From Octopus sinensis (lineage: Eukaryota), in the NCBI RefSeq assembly GCF_006345805.1, contig NC_043004.1, forward strand, positions 45,446,001 through 45,510,000: 64,000 nucleotides of DNA, written 5' to 3'. The notes below the pieces were generated by a model that saw only the letters and a program-made list of their open reading frames with translations, was not told the DNA's origin and searched no databases. Both the position numbers and the translations under genes were made by a program. Within the stretch, counting starts at the first letter, position 1. Each line of letters begins with the position of its first letter. Positions 1 to 13,489 of this stretch are shown here, one piece after another.

Positions 1-227
1 GTTTAGTGCATGTGTTTATGTGGCAAAAAAAAAAAAAAAAAAAAAGAACTGAAAAGTTGGTTCCAGTAAGATTTGAACTTAGAAGTAAAGGACCAGAATG
101 AATACGACTTGGCATTTTACTGGATGGGTTTAATGATTCTGCCAATTCAGCATACAGAATTATAAGTGAGAAATCTAAGAAATATAGAACAAGAATTAAT
201 TGCAACTTATGTAGAATGTATCGTATA

Positions 228-397
228 GGCGTAGGAGTGGCTGTGTGGTAAGTTGCTTGCTTACGAACCACATGGTTCCGGGTTCAGTCCCACTGCGTGG
301 CTTCTTGGGCAAGTGTCTTCTACTATAGCACCGGGCCGACCAAAGCCTTGTGAGTGGATTTGGTAGATGGAAACTGAAAGAAGCCTGTCATATATAT

Positions 398-435
<38 letters not shown>

Positions 436-643
436 TGTGTTTGTCCCCCCCAAAAAACATCGCTTGACAACCGATGCTGGTGTGTTTATGTCCCCATAAC
501 TTAGCGGTTCGGCAAAAGAGACTGATAGAAAAAGTACTAGGCTTACAAAGAATAAGTCCTGGGGTTGATTTGCTCGACTAAAGGTGGGGTTCTCCAGCAT
601 GGCCACAGTCACATGACTGAAACAAGTAAAAGAGTAAAAGAGA
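228..643 (+). mobile_element. tRNA-derived SINE, family A (internal microsatellite), full length
   Basis: A-box-like TGGCTGTGTGGT, B-box-like GGTTCAGTCCC, CORE-like CTTGGGCAAGTGTCTT, internal (TA)n(TG)n and GAGTAAAA tail; about 20 related copies in the window. Confidence 0.9.
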
Positions 644-739
644 GTAACTCACATCATTATGAGCTTATTCCACTTCAGTGTTTCAAGTGTTAAATATGAT
701 TGTAAAGGTAATGGGAAGGCATGCATTCCTTTTATTTAT

Positions 740-1112
740 TTTTTGTTTCAGTCATTTGACTGTGGCCATGCTGGAGCACCACCTTTAGTCGAAAGAATCG
801 CCCCCACGACTTATTCTTTGTAAGCCTAGTACTTATTCTATCGGTCTCTTTTGCTGAACTGCTAAGTCACAGAGACGTAAACATACCAGCATCAGTTGTC
901 GAGTGATGGTGGGAGGACAAACAGACTCACAAATACGCACACACACTTATGACGAGCTTCCCTCAGTTTCCGTCTACCAAATCCACTGACAAGGCTTTGG
1001 TTGGCCCGAGGCTATAGTACAAGACACTTGCCCAAGGTGCCATGCAGTTGGACTGAACCCAGAACCATGTGGTTGGTAAGCAAGCTACTTACCACACAGC
1101 CACTCCTGCACC
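740..1112 (-). mobile_element. SINE family A, inverted relative to 228-643
   Basis: Reverse-complement match to the 228-643 copy along its length. Confidence 0.9.
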
Positions 1113-1156
1113 TGTATGTGTATATTTGAGTATGTCTGTGTATTTATATATATATA

Positions 1157-1193
<37 letters not shown>

Positions 1194-1345
1194 CTGTTTG
1201 CATTCATGTGCTCACATGTATGTGTGCCTAAAGAGGCATCTTAAAAAACTTTGTTTCAAAATAGATGTGAAAGTCATTCGCTGACCTAGAAATGACGATA
1301 TTAGTAAAAGTCTTTGTTAATGGACAACCACCATTTAGAAGAATA

Positions 1346-1738
1346 CTAGCAGTATCGCCCGGCGTTGCTCGGGTTGTAAGGGAAATAACTATATAAGCAT
1401 TTTTAGAGAGTTATAGCCAAAAAATAGCAAAAAAAATGCATTAAAAATTGAAAAAAAATTAAGGTAAATTTTTTTTAAATCGTTGACACATTGTAGATAT
1501 TTTTAGAGAGTTACTTCCCTTATATAAAAGCGAAAAAAATGCATTAAAATGGAAAAATATGATGGTAAATTTTTTTTAAATCGTAGACTCATCGTAGACG
1601 CGCGCTAATACCCAGAAGGGCTCGATATGAATCGACTATAAGATACCCGCTTTTGGTTAAACTGCACCGCAAAATGTGGGAGTAATTACAAATGTAAATC
1701 GAAGGGGACAGACACACAACTTCACTCTTATATAAAGA
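1346..1738 (-). mobile_element. Non-autonomous Helitron
   Basis: Minus strand reads A|TC...CTAG|T, with the hairpin CCCGAGCAACGCCGGG just upstream of the terminal CTAG. Confidence 0.75.
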
Positions 1739-2812
1739 TGCTTTTTTTTTTCAGTCATAGAGTTAGATTTATGAAGGTCTTCAGTAGAAATCCTTCGAAT
1801 TCTGACTCGCTGCTTGATATAATGAAATTCGTATCCATTTTTTGTCAGAATTACAATAGGAACAAATTTCGGAAAAAAATCTCCCATAATTCACGGAATT
1901 AAAATTACACTTCGATTTTTGTACAAAACTGTATTTGAAGTGTTTACGAAGTATAATACGTGTTTTCACGAATGTACTAAAGAGATTTACTCTGATATTC
2001 TCATTTAAATATGAATAGGTAAATTCGGGCGGTTTGGTAACGAAAGGGTTTATATAAGTGTCATCTGTTTATACATAAACACTGTTTCATAGTTTCAGTT
2101 TAGTCTTCCTCAAATCACTGTCGCTAATTTACTCTCTTCCAAGAACATTTTCACTCACTGTTATCTGTTAGCTTCCCATACATTTTACTCATGTATCTAT
2201 CAGCGTGATAGACAGAAACAAATATTACATTTACTTTCATTTTATTCGTTGCCCATTGTGTGTGTGCGTTTGCGTGTGGTGTAAACCAGACTAAGAAAAG
2301 CATTTGACACACACACCAGAATGTGAGTTTTCTGTAAATTTTGCTTAATTGGAGTTTAAATTTTAAAAACTGGACCTGGCATGACGCGATGCATTGTACT
2401 CTTAAAACTGCTAGGTAAATTGTAATTGAAGAAATCCTATATTGTAGATTTGTATAACTCCCAAAGGGAGGCAAATAAAATCTGCCTTTTATAATAAGAG
2501 ATAATCTGTCAACTAAGCAAATAGGCATTGGCCTCTGTCTGCAGTAATTTGCTAATTTTGGGAATTCATGGAATTTGATAACTGCTGTTACTGGGTGAAG
2601 AGTAAAACCTTAGGTTTTAGGTTCTTGGTCTGAGAATAGGAAAAGAGATGAGTAATCATGATCCTTAGGTTGTAGGCTGTAGAATTTTCAATGTTCAGAG
2701 TTCTCAATGCAGCTATTAGACTTTGTATTAATTTACAGTTGTCTCATGAGTTGGCAAATAGAGGTACACAGTGAACCAGCTGGTAAAAGTCTAAATCTGT
2801 GGTATGTGTGGC

Positions 2813-3144
2813 CAGTGCCAGATTAAGACTCATAGAGGCCCTAATGCACTTAAAGGTTTTTGGTGCTCCTATATATATATATATAACGTAGGATAAAATT
2901 TTTTTCGGGGAAAAAATCTTATCAATGGCCAGCATATCAAAAAATACCTTTAAAGGTTAAATCTATAAATAATTTACAAGATAAGGACAAAAGAAAAATT
3001 CTAATGCCAAATATGCCGAAAAAAAGACAAAAATTGTCAATAACCATTATAATTTATGCGCATAAATTATAATGGTTATTGACAATTTTTGTCTTTTTTT
3101 CGGCATATTTGGCATTAGAATTTTTCTTTTGCCCTTATCTTGTA
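2813..3144 (+). mobile_element. hAT-like element end terminating in a fold-back palindrome
   Basis: Starts CAGTGCCAGATTAAGACTCATAGAGGCCC, resembling hAT termini; no matching right TIR found. Confidence 0.4.
2975..3144. repeat. 170-bp spacer-less palindrome
   Basis: 85-bp arms, one mismatch, centre TGC|GCA at 3059/3060. Confidence 0.95.
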
Positions 3145-3145
3145 C

Positions 3146-3177
<32 letters not shown>

Positions 3178-3180
<3 letters not shown>

Positions 3181-3510
3181 TCATCAGCCTCATCAGTTAA
3201 CATCTGTTGTCTATGCCGCCATGGGTTGGACGGCTTTGACCAGAGCTGGAGAGCTGCACCAGTCTGATTTGGCCTGGTTTCTACAGTTGGATGCCTTTCC
3301 TAATGCCTGCCACTTTACAGAGTGGGCTGGGTGCTTTTACATGGCACCTCACAGGCACTCTTATGTGACACCTTACAAGCACCATTATGTGGCACTGCAC
3401 AGGCACTTTTACATGACACCTCACTACCATTTTTATATGGCACTGCCATGTCTGCATTGCACCAACTAGAGGGACCAGTCTTAACGCTTCTGCTGTCGAA
3501 TATGGACCTT
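3178..3510 (-). mobile_element. Retroposon family E with (GAT)n tail and internal ~24-bp subrepeats
   Basis: CCCATG(C)CAGCATGG / GGATGCCCTTCCTAA motifs recur at ~9515, 19815, 26575, 27880, 30860, 35850, 48590 and 54545. Confidence 0.75.
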
Positions 3511-4536
3511 CCTGTGTGTGTACGCATGAATGTATATATATATATATATACACACACACAAACACACATGCACACAGATATGTAATTTAAAATAATAAAC
3601 AGCATTAAACCATAAAAATATATTTTTGTTCTCAAAATAAAACTTAACTAGCAGTAAGATGAAAAATAATGTTTATTTTTCTATGATTCCTCTTTATTTA
3701 TATTTGAAAAGTTTTCTCTTACTTTTTTTAATTGCAAAGTCTTTGATCAGATCCTCACTGTGACACCATGGGCATTTCTGCATTATATTTCCAATCATAT
3801 AAACCAGTTTAAATATTATTTCAGTAAGGTTAAAGTGATTTCTTTTGTGCTGTAAACCTTTTACCATTTCTGTGGTGTCTCACTTCCCTTGACGCCCTAA
3901 GCACATGTTTAGCTTGCTTAACGGTTAATCTAGCGCTATGTATGGTTAAGAAGATAAATTTTCCCCACTATTAACCTCAACTTTGGAAATGAAATTGCTT
4001 TTTAAAATATTTACATTCACTCTAGTTGAAAATATTAAAATCAAAATTTCTTTTCCAAACATTTGATTAATTACCTAATTGGCATAAAGTCACTCACAGA
4101 CACAGTCAAGCATCTGGACCACATGTATGTTCTCTCTTTTCTTCTGTTCTTTGGAGCAAGCTGCACTCATGTGATCTCCACTCAAGCAACTTTAGCCCAC
4201 ACCTCACATCTCATCATGCTTGTCACATCCATTTCCATCCCAGATCCTGCACTAATAATTTTATCCCAGTATTTTCCTTCCTAGAATGTTAGACCTCTGT
4301 AATTCTCTCTCTGCTAGTGTTGAGTTACAAAGCTGATTCCCTAAGAACATTAACGGCATGAAATTCACTGACTTGAAAGGGCTTGCCAACAATCTTTGGT
4401 ACTGCGCCTTCTTCTAAACCCAGCAAGTAGAAAATTAAATAAATATAAACCAAAATGCAATTCTAAATAATTGAATTCACTGATCTAAATTATTTTGGCT
4501 GTTGTCCCTTATTACAGACCAAGCAAAGGGAAAAAC

Positions 4537-5019
4537 AAGTGTGGCTGTGTGGTAAGAAGTTTGCTTCCAAACCACATAGCTCTCAGTTCAGTCCCACTGT
4601 GTGGCACCTTGGGCAAGTGTCTTTTGCTATCACCTTGGACCAACCAAAGCCTGGTGAGTGAATGTGGTAGATGGAAACTGAGAGAAATCCATCATGGATA
4701 TTTATATATATATACTAATAAAAGGGTTCAGCAAAGATTTGCTTCACCACACACCGAAGATAAAAAATAGCAGCCAAAAATCTTAGCTATTTCTTCTACT
4801 TTAAAAAGGGTCTTCCAGAGAAACCAAAATACTTGAAGGTTATTCACACTGGCAGAGAATAAAACAACGAAAATCAATCAATATCTGGTCGTCCATGGAT
4901 GCGCATTTCTGAATTAGGTTTCTCATAAAGAATATAAAAAAATATACTTTACTAACCATATTCTTCATCAGCATGGTTTTCCACGATAATTCGCAGGTAC
5001 TAGAATAGTTGAACGAATA

Positions 5020-5079
<60 letters not shown>

Positions 5080-5320
5080 CTTTGTAACTGTGTCTGTCTT
5101 ACTCCAAACACCCCTCTATTACCACTTGCCAACTGGTGCTGGTGTGTTTACATCCCCATAGTCCAGAATAACAGACCAATGAAATAAGTACCAGGCTTAA
5201 AAATATAAGTACTGGGATTATTGATTTGTTTGACTGAAATTCTTCAAGGCAGTGCCCCAGGATGGCAGCAGTCCAACGACTGACGCAAGTGAAAGATTGA
5301 ATGATAAAAGAAATAAAAAG
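4537..5320 (+). mobile_element. SINE family A split by an insertion at its microsatellite
   Basis: Head at 4537-4700; (TA)n(TG)n and 3' half resume at ~5024. Confidence 0.8.
4705..5003 (+). mobile_element. Probable Helitron relic nested in SINE A
   Basis: 5' TATACTAATAAAAGGG; 3' decayed hairpin CCACGATAATTCGCAGG followed by CTAG. Confidence 0.45.
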
Positions 5321-5926
5321 CAAGTTCGATGAATTAAAATCTTAAGACTAAACGTCTCTGTCATACTCACAGTGCTTTAGGTTTGACCCTCTACATTTTG
5401 AGTACAACACTCTACTGAGCTGATAAAAATAAGCATCAATTATATGCGGGGAGTCAATTCAATTGTCTGGGAACAAATGCAAAATAAATTGGCTTTGTGT
5501 CTAGTCAAAAGAAATTGTTTATTCATGATGGAAATTAAAATTTTACAAGTTTCTGTCTGGTCATTCATTTGATCATTAGGACAGTTTGTTTAAATTTTAA
5601 CGTCTGAATTACATTATAAATACATCAGTGTGTGTATACACACACACACACATACACAACTGTGATTTTGTACACAAAGGCTACAAATATCACACACGTG
5701 TGTTTATGTGAGTGCTTCTGTGTGTGTATGATTTATGCCATTTTCTTGGCTATTTTAGTGTGTCTTCTTCATCATTAGTCTCATCTATACTGTATAATGA
5801 TGTGTGCTGATCAAGTTAGATCAAGTGATGCTGCAGGATCAAGTAGGTTTGGTGGATGGAGGCTGCTCTATCTTGGCTAAAGAATTCATTGCGAACATTT
5901 AATCCAGAGCTCAGGGATGTTGTTAT

Positions 5927-6341
5927 GGATCTCTTTGGTTTGAACAGCAGTTTTTAACATAATTTCTAGGTAACTGAAAAATTTTAAACTTCGTATACTG
6001 GTAGAATGTGTTTATAAAACATCTTTTCTCTTGGCTTTATTGAGAAAATTCTATAGTTTGTAAGATACTTGTTCTATTTTTTCTTCAATTTCTGCAATTT
6101 CAACCAATCAGTGACATCTTTTGAGGTAAAAAACATTCTGTGCCGTATGAATATGTCCCTCGTTTAAGAAACAGATTGGGTTTATTTACATTTGTGAAGA
6201 AAAAAAGATACCCTTCCCCCACCCCTAACCCTAACCCTAAAACAGATTGAAATGCAATAGATCGATACTAGGCTCATAATTATGGATGACAATTTCATAT
6301 GACACCGCTAGAAAAAACTGCCGTTCAAACCGAAAAGATTC
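5927..6341. mobile_element. MITE, Merlin-like (or hAT)
   Basis: ~28-bp TIRs (GGATCTCTTTGGTTTGAACAGCAGTTTT / AAAACTGCCGTTCAAACCGAAAAGATTC), 8-bp TSD GTTGTTAT, internal short (CCCTAA)n. Confidence 0.85.
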
Positions 6342-7722
6342 GTTGTTATTGTCCTTTGGCCGTGTGGCTACCCAAATCATTTAGATATATTATCAAATGC
6401 ATTTCACATTAACTCTTCTAAATTTCAAGGACTATATCATTCTGTATACCCCCTTCTCTTTTAAGATATATAGAGGCTGCTTGATGGAGAGGGATCACTT
6501 GAAAACACTAAAAAATAATTCAGTAAGGTACATTTAGAGACTTTTCAGATGGAATTTTGGTTAGATTCTTTCATCAAATTTAAGAGCAATTACATTATTG
6601 TGTATGTGAGTGCCTTTGTGTGTGATTTTTGCCATTCTGTTACCTATTCTAGTGTTTCTTTTACATGATTAGCACTAGAATATCTGTGGTTGTTTGGCCC
6701 CTTGTCAACCATTATTGGGCAGACACCTTTGGTCAAACATTATCCAGCCTTGACTACCACATTCTGTATTTTCAGTTAATATGCATGTAAAGCGCATTAT
6801 CCAATCTATAAGTACTTTGGCTGATATAATTAAGTATGATCCTTGGGGGTGAAACCCCAGCATGGCCACAGTCCAGTGACTGCATTAGGGGTTCTGACAG
6901 TATCCCTCAATCCCTTTCATCCTTTCTGTAACTTTTATGCATTCAGATTACTCTGTGAAATGTAATGTTTATTTATTAACATTATCTTAAATTAAACATG
7001 CAATATCTTGTAGCTTCAAGATAATGATATTACTTTTAGAATAACATTGTAGGTTGATGTGAAAGGCCAGATCTGGTTAGTTTGATATTAAAACCCTTAA
7101 ATAGGCTGGATATGGCTGGTTTGAATGCTAAAAGGTTACAATAGCGAACTGGCTGAGTAAATTACAGCATCGTTTTTTTTTTTCTTTCAGTACTCTGTGT
7201 TCTGAGTTCAGATCCCACCAAGGCTGACTTTGACTTTTATTCATTTGAGATCAGTAAAACTGCTTAAGAACTGAGGTCATCTCTGCTCCCTTCCCCACTC
7301 CTCCCCCTTCTCTCTCTCTCTTTCTTTCTTTCTCACTGAAGAGATGAAGAAAGGAGCATTCAAATGAATGGCAGCTCCTTTCTTTCGTCATTGCCATGTG
7401 GACTCAGTGAGAGAAAAGAGAAAATCCATTCTTGATTGTTTAACAAAGCTCCGAGCTAATCATTTCAAGAACCCTGATATAAATTTAGCGTCTGCTATTT
7501 CGTTTATCTTTGCTGCTTCTAATCAATGTCAGCTTATTCAAGCTGAATTTGATATTCTTTTTGTTGCTTTAGTCCTAACAATATCTGTTCAGACAACTAT
7601 TTGTAAATATACAAAACCACATAGCTCAAGATAAGTGCCTCTAGCAATGACAAACTGTAGTAACATGATCGTAATTTTAATAATGTATTACATATATATC
7701 ATATACATCTATACTCTCTCTG

Positions 7723-7755
<33 letters not shown>

Positions 7756-8038
7756 TGATGTTTACCTATATACAGTTGCACATTTCTTATGTGTACATTC
7801 ACGTATATTCACCTTCTGAATGATATAAATAACACCTATGAAAACGTGCATGTTCGTATAAAGAAAGAGAATCAAAAGATTTGTACCATCACAGACATAG
7901 CTGTGTAATACAGAAGTTCTCTTCACAGCCACATGGTTTCTGGGTTCAGTCCTACTACACAGCACCTTCGGCATCTTCTACTACAGCACCAGATGTAGCT
8001 ATACGAGGGAAGTTGATAAGCAGAAATTGCATGAAGCC

Positions 8039-8218
8039 GGTGAGCTGGCAGAAATGTTAGCATGTCGGGTGAAATGCTTAGCGCCATTTCATCTGCTGCT
8101 ACGTTCTGAGTTCAAATTCCACCAAGGTTGCCTTTGCCTTTCATTCCTCTCGGGGTGAATTAAGTAAGTACCAGTTATGCACTGGGGTCAACATAATCGA
8201 CTTAATCCATTTGTCTGT
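8039..8218 (+). mobile_element. tRNA-derived SINE family B
   Basis: GAGCTGGCAGAA...GTTCAAATTCC...GCCTTTCAT(C)CT...AAGTACCAG; related copies at ~8640(-), 18405, 20055, 20303, 25940, 51390, 52440. Confidence 0.85.
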
Positions 8219-8550
8219 GAAACAGCGGCATTGGCGATGTCCTCACTCAAATGTTTCACGTACCACCAGCATAAGTGCTAGTAAGGTGACGCGGTAATGA
8301 TCACGCTCGAATGGTGTGCTTAACATGCCACCGGCACGAAGGCCAATTTGTTGCTCAGGCAACAATCTCACTCATATGGTACTCTTATATATATATGTAT
8401 ATTTCTTCACCAGGATGTGATGGTTTGTTTCCGTATAAGATTATTGAATGAATCATAATGACAAACTCAAGGACCACTAATTTATTTTCCTTGATTATTG
8501 CAACTATATGAGACTCTTTTACTCTATTATATGTAACTTGTCTCCAGATT

Positions 8551-8586
<36 letters not shown>

Positions 8587-10136
8587 TATTTCTACTATAG
8601 GCTCAAGGCCTGAAATTTTGGGGGAGGGGGCTAGTTGATTATATTGTCCCCAGTACTCAACTGGTACTTAATTTTTTCTTTTAATCAACCCTGAAAGGAT
8701 GAAAGGCAAAGTCAACCTCAGCGGAGGCTAACTTTTGAACTCAGAACGTGAAGATAGATGAAATACCGCAAAGCATTTTGCCCAGCATGCTAACAACTCA
8801 GCCGGCTCATAATAATAATAAAATAGGTAAATAAAAAAAAGCATTATTAATTAAGCAAAAGCAAATTTTGTGCAGTGGTTTATTTTCCATATTTTCTTGT
8901 ACAATACCAACCAGCATATGCCTCTTTAGATATTTGCATTGATTAATGCCTCGTGTATTAAATTATTACAGAAGTAATTAAACAGTATTAAACCATTGCA
9001 TGTCATTAATCGCGTTTTTTTTTTTTTACTGTTAACACAATACCACTGACTTGTATTCTATTTCTGACTGAATTTTTTTTTTATGTATTTAAAATATCTT
9101 TTATTTTTTTACTTGTTTCAGTCATTAGACTGCAGCCATGCTGGGGCACTGCCTTGAATTTTTTTTTTAGTCAAATGAATCAACCTCAGTATTTATGTTT
9201 TTTAAAGCTTGGTATTTATTCTATCGGTCTCTTTTGCTGAACCGCTAAGTTACAGGGACACACACACACCCATCAGCACCTGTTGACAAGCAGTGATGGA
9301 GAGACAAACACAGACACAAAGACACACACATAGGAGAATGGGGTTTTATTCACATCCAAAACATTTTTTAAAAAAGTTTTCTACTGCATATATAACAATG
9401 AACAAAACGTTTCTGCTGCAGGAACTGTATAATGCTTTATATGCAATCATGCATTCTAGTACTGCAATTTCAGCAAGGGTCCATCACTTGCAATGTTTAC
9501 ATATATTATCATCATCATCATCATCATTGTTTAACATCCGCTTTCCATACTAGCATGGGTTGGACAATTTTGACTGAGGGCTGGCGAACCAGATGGCTGC
9601 ACCAGGCTCCAATCTTGATCTGGCAGAGTTTCTACAGCTGGATGCCCTTCCTAACGCCAGCCACTCTGAGAGTGTAGTGGGTGCTTTTTACATGCCACCG
9701 GCACATATATATATATGACAGGCTTCATTCAGTTTCCGTTTACCAATTCCACTCAAGGCCTTGGTCAGCCCAAGGCTATAGCAGAAGACACTTGCCCAAG
9801 GTGTCACTCAGTGGGACTGAACCCTGGACTGTGTGGTTGAGAAGCAAGCTTCTTACCACACAACCAGACATGCACCTATATGTATCGTAGTGTGTTTAAA
9901 TGATTTATTTCTAAGAAAAATTAGGATAACTTCTAGTACTCAATACTCCTTAGATAATTTCTGCCCTCTTACAACATCCCAGAGAGAGAGAGAGTGCCTC
10001 TACCTCAGACTAACAACCACTAAGCTTAGAGAGATAAAAATTGTATTCCCATCTGGTTATGTTCAGATTAAATATAAGTATCTGCTGCTACTATTACTGC
10101 TTCTGTTCTCAGGTATTCCTAACCCACTCCACTTGT

Positions 10137-10420
10137 TGTTTGTTCCTTCTCGAGCCATGCCTGGCTCATAAGGGCCAGTTTCCTGTTTTTTTGGCGTATA
10201 GGTTCTCCACCTGGACAGGATGCTGGTCCGTCGCAGGTGAACTGTAAGATGCAGGAGGAAAGAGTGAGAGAAAGTTGTGGCGAAAGAGTCAGCAGAGGTT
10301 TGCTGCGTGGAGCTTAGGTGTTTTCGCTCATAAACACACACATCACCCGGTCTGAGATTTGAACTTGCGACCCCTCGACCGTGAGTTCGCTGCTCTAACC
10401 ACTTGGCCATGTGCCTCCAC
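10137..10420 (-). mobile_element. tRNA-derived SINE family C with (AAC)n tail
   Basis: 16-bp TSD AACC(C/T)ACTCCACTTGT; homologous to 25473-25782. Confidence 0.9.
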
Positions 10421-11052
10421 AACCTACTCCACTTGTCTCCTCTTGTCTTGTCCATCTACACCCTAGATTCTACACTAATCACTATGACCAGTCCATTTTT
10501 TCCTTCTTAGATGATTTTTTTTAATGAGCAAGAAATGATATAAGTGGAGGACTGGTATTATATTTTATTTTTTTGGTAAGTAAAGGAATCAAACCTTTAC
10601 AAATTTTGGTCTTATCATGACCTCATCAGGAAAGCATAGACTTTTGTCATGTTTGTTATCAAGATCTGATGAAAGTGAGAGAATTACCAAGTGAATATAT
10701 AATTTATAGATTGGTAAGTTTAATAAAATATTAGTATGCAACATGAGAATTAGTGAGTTCTGTTATGTCAAGGAGGACACTCTTCAAAAAGATAGTACAT
10801 AATTAGGCTTTTTTCATATTTATTCTCTGCAATATTAAGTGCATTTACTATAAATAAGTACCTGGTTTCAGGTTCATTTCCACTGTATGGCATCTTGGGC
10901 AACAAATATTTTCTAATAGCATCCTAAATTGACATTAGTCAGCTTCCATTACACTTGTCAGTTTTTGTTATAAGTAAATTTGATAAAGAGAAGCCCATTT
11001 TATATGTGTGTGTGTGAGGTGTTTGTGATTCTTTTCTTGATGACTTTCTATA

Positions 11053-11453
11053 GGCGCAGGAGTGGCTGTGTGGTAAGAAGCTTGCTAACCAGCCACATGG
11101 TTCCGAGTTCAGTTCCACTGCGTGGCATCTTGGGCAAATATCTTCTGCTATAGCCCCGGGTTGACCAATGCCTTGTGAGTGGATTTGGTAGACGGAAACT
11201 GAAAGAAGCCTGTCGTATATATGTATATATATATATATATGTATGTGTGTGTTTGTGTGTCTGTGTTTGTCCCCCTAGCATTGCTTGACAACCGACGCTG
11301 GTGTGTTTACGTCCCCGTAACTTAGCGGTTTGGCAAAAGAGACTGATAGAATAAGTACTGGGCTTACAAAGAATAAGTCCTGGGGTCGCTTTGCTCGACT
11401 AAAGGTGGTGCTCCAGCATGGCTACAGTCAAATGACTGAAACAAGTAAAAGAG
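11053..11453 (+). mobile_element. SINE family A, full length
   Basis: End-to-end match to 228-643. Confidence 0.9.
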
Positions 11454-11774
11454 TATTGGATTGTTTTCATCTATATACCTAGTAGTTCAACAAAAAGTTA
11501 CATGTAGAATTGTTACCCAACTTAAAACCAAGTGCTAAGCTTCGTTTCATTGACTAAATTTCCAAGGTGATAGCTGAATATTGCTATCTAGAAAATGACT
11601 TTCTATGTGTGTGAGTATGTACGTGCACGCATGTCTATATCCTAGAGATTGCCAAATTAAAAAGAGGCTATGTCCAGCCACAGAGAATATAGTATACATA
11701 TGAGGTCTAATAAAAAATTTGGGACTGGTACAACTATAACTCAATTAATTTTGTATTTATTCTCCTATGAAGAA

Positions 11775-12110
11775 GTCTGAAGCTACACACTTTATCCAGC
11801 ATCATTTTCATTGACTGAAGAATTCCTGGAACTCCTTTTTGGGAGAGCAAGCAGCTGTCTCATCATATTCACCTGGATTTCCTCAACATCTTGAAATATA
11901 TTCTGTGTGTTCCACAGTTGAAAACTGAGCCTTAGTTTCAGGGTCATGATCATAGATCTACAATTTGTCACTTGTTATGACCATTTTCAAAAAGTTTGCA
12001 TCTTCCTCAACAGCATCGAAAGAAGATGCTGCACACTTGCAACCCAATCTTTGTTTTGAGACAGCCACACTCGACACGCTTTACTCCCAATAAACAACAG
12101 AAGTCAGCAA
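11775..12110 (-). mobile_element. Mariner transposase relic, internally deleted
   Basis: Minus-strand translation FLKMVITSDKL*IYDHDPETKAQ (first catalytic D region) joined to C-terminal FQDVEEIQVNMMRQLLALPKKEFQ. Confidence 0.75.
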
Positions 12111-12671
12111 GAACGTTATATCTCAGTGTGCATACATGATCATGTTCAAGGTCAATCTGTACCAAGTACCTTCATTCCAAATACCATCACAATGATCTCA
12201 AAGCTCTACTGAACAGACTTTGCATATATATTTGTGTGTGTATGTGTTTTAAATAATACAGTTGTGGAGACTTACATTCGCAACTTTAAGTTTATAGTCA
12301 ACATTTCAGTGATCATTGCAAGCCCTTAGCTGGTGCAAGCCTGGTGCACATAGAACCATCAGTTTGCCTGTGATTTTGCTTCTTGTGTTTTGTAACCAAT
12401 TGATGGTGCTATGTTGAATGGGTTTGCACCAGCTGAAGACCTGCAAAAATCATTGAATTGTTGACACAGGAACTTAGTCTTGTATGTATGCCTCCATACC
12501 TGTATCGTTTACTAATTATACTGCATTCCCAACAATATTGTCATCAGATGTGGTTTATTGATCTCTCTCTCTCTCTCTCTCTCTCTCATATGTATATATG
12601 CATGTGATAGAACTGTATAAAAATTGTTTAAATGTAGAAAGTTCTTAAAACTAAACTATCTTTTTGAAATA

Positions 12672-12749
<78 letters not shown>

Positions 12750-12818
12750 AGAATAAGCACATAAATACAGCCTTATTAATAAAGTATATGTGTGTGTGGT
12801 GTGTATGCATGTGTGTGT

Positions 12819-12861
<43 letters not shown>

Positions 12862-13371
12862 TAAATAAATCAAAATATATTAATATTATAAGCAAATTAG
12901 GTAAAAAAAAAAATATGAGTCATTTCTAATTGTGAAATGCAGCTATCATAAATGATAAATTTATGCTTCACTTCAAATAAAAATGTATTTTTATATATTG
13001 ATTGGGTTGTTGTTGTTGTTACTACTACTACTACTACTACTACTACAACTACTACTACTACTACAACTACTACTACTGCTACATCATCGTCATCTTTAAA
13101 TTTACATGATGATTGTTTTGTGTTAGGAGATATCAGAGTGACAAGATAGCAGTAATAGCAGCATGTAACTAGCTCTCTCTTTCTCTCTCTCTCTCATTCT
13201 CTCTCTCTCTTTCATATATGTATATCTATATATATATATAAATTGTGTGTGTATAGATGTATGCATATTCATGCAAGATGGACATTACTCCATGGTGATG
13301 ATGATATATATGTGTATGTGTATATATATGTTTGTATATATATATGATATATGTGTTTGTGTTTATATATA

Positions 13372-13415
<44 letters not shown>

Positions 13416-13458
13416 TATATATAAACACAAACACATATATACACACAAACACACACAC

Positions 13459-13489
<31 letters not shown>

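Noticed and set aside
3330-3450. Regularly spaced ~24-bp repeats as a CRISPR-like array
   Set aside because: Degenerate tandem subrepeats without unique spacers, inside a retroposon in eukaryotic DNA
6222-6240. CCCTAA repeats as a telomere or fusion site
   Set aside because: Only about 3 units, inside a TSD-flanked MITE
7343-7389. Hairpin with an 11-bp core stem as a miRNA
   Set aside because: About 47 nt and purine/pyrimidine-biased arms; such stems arise readily by chance here
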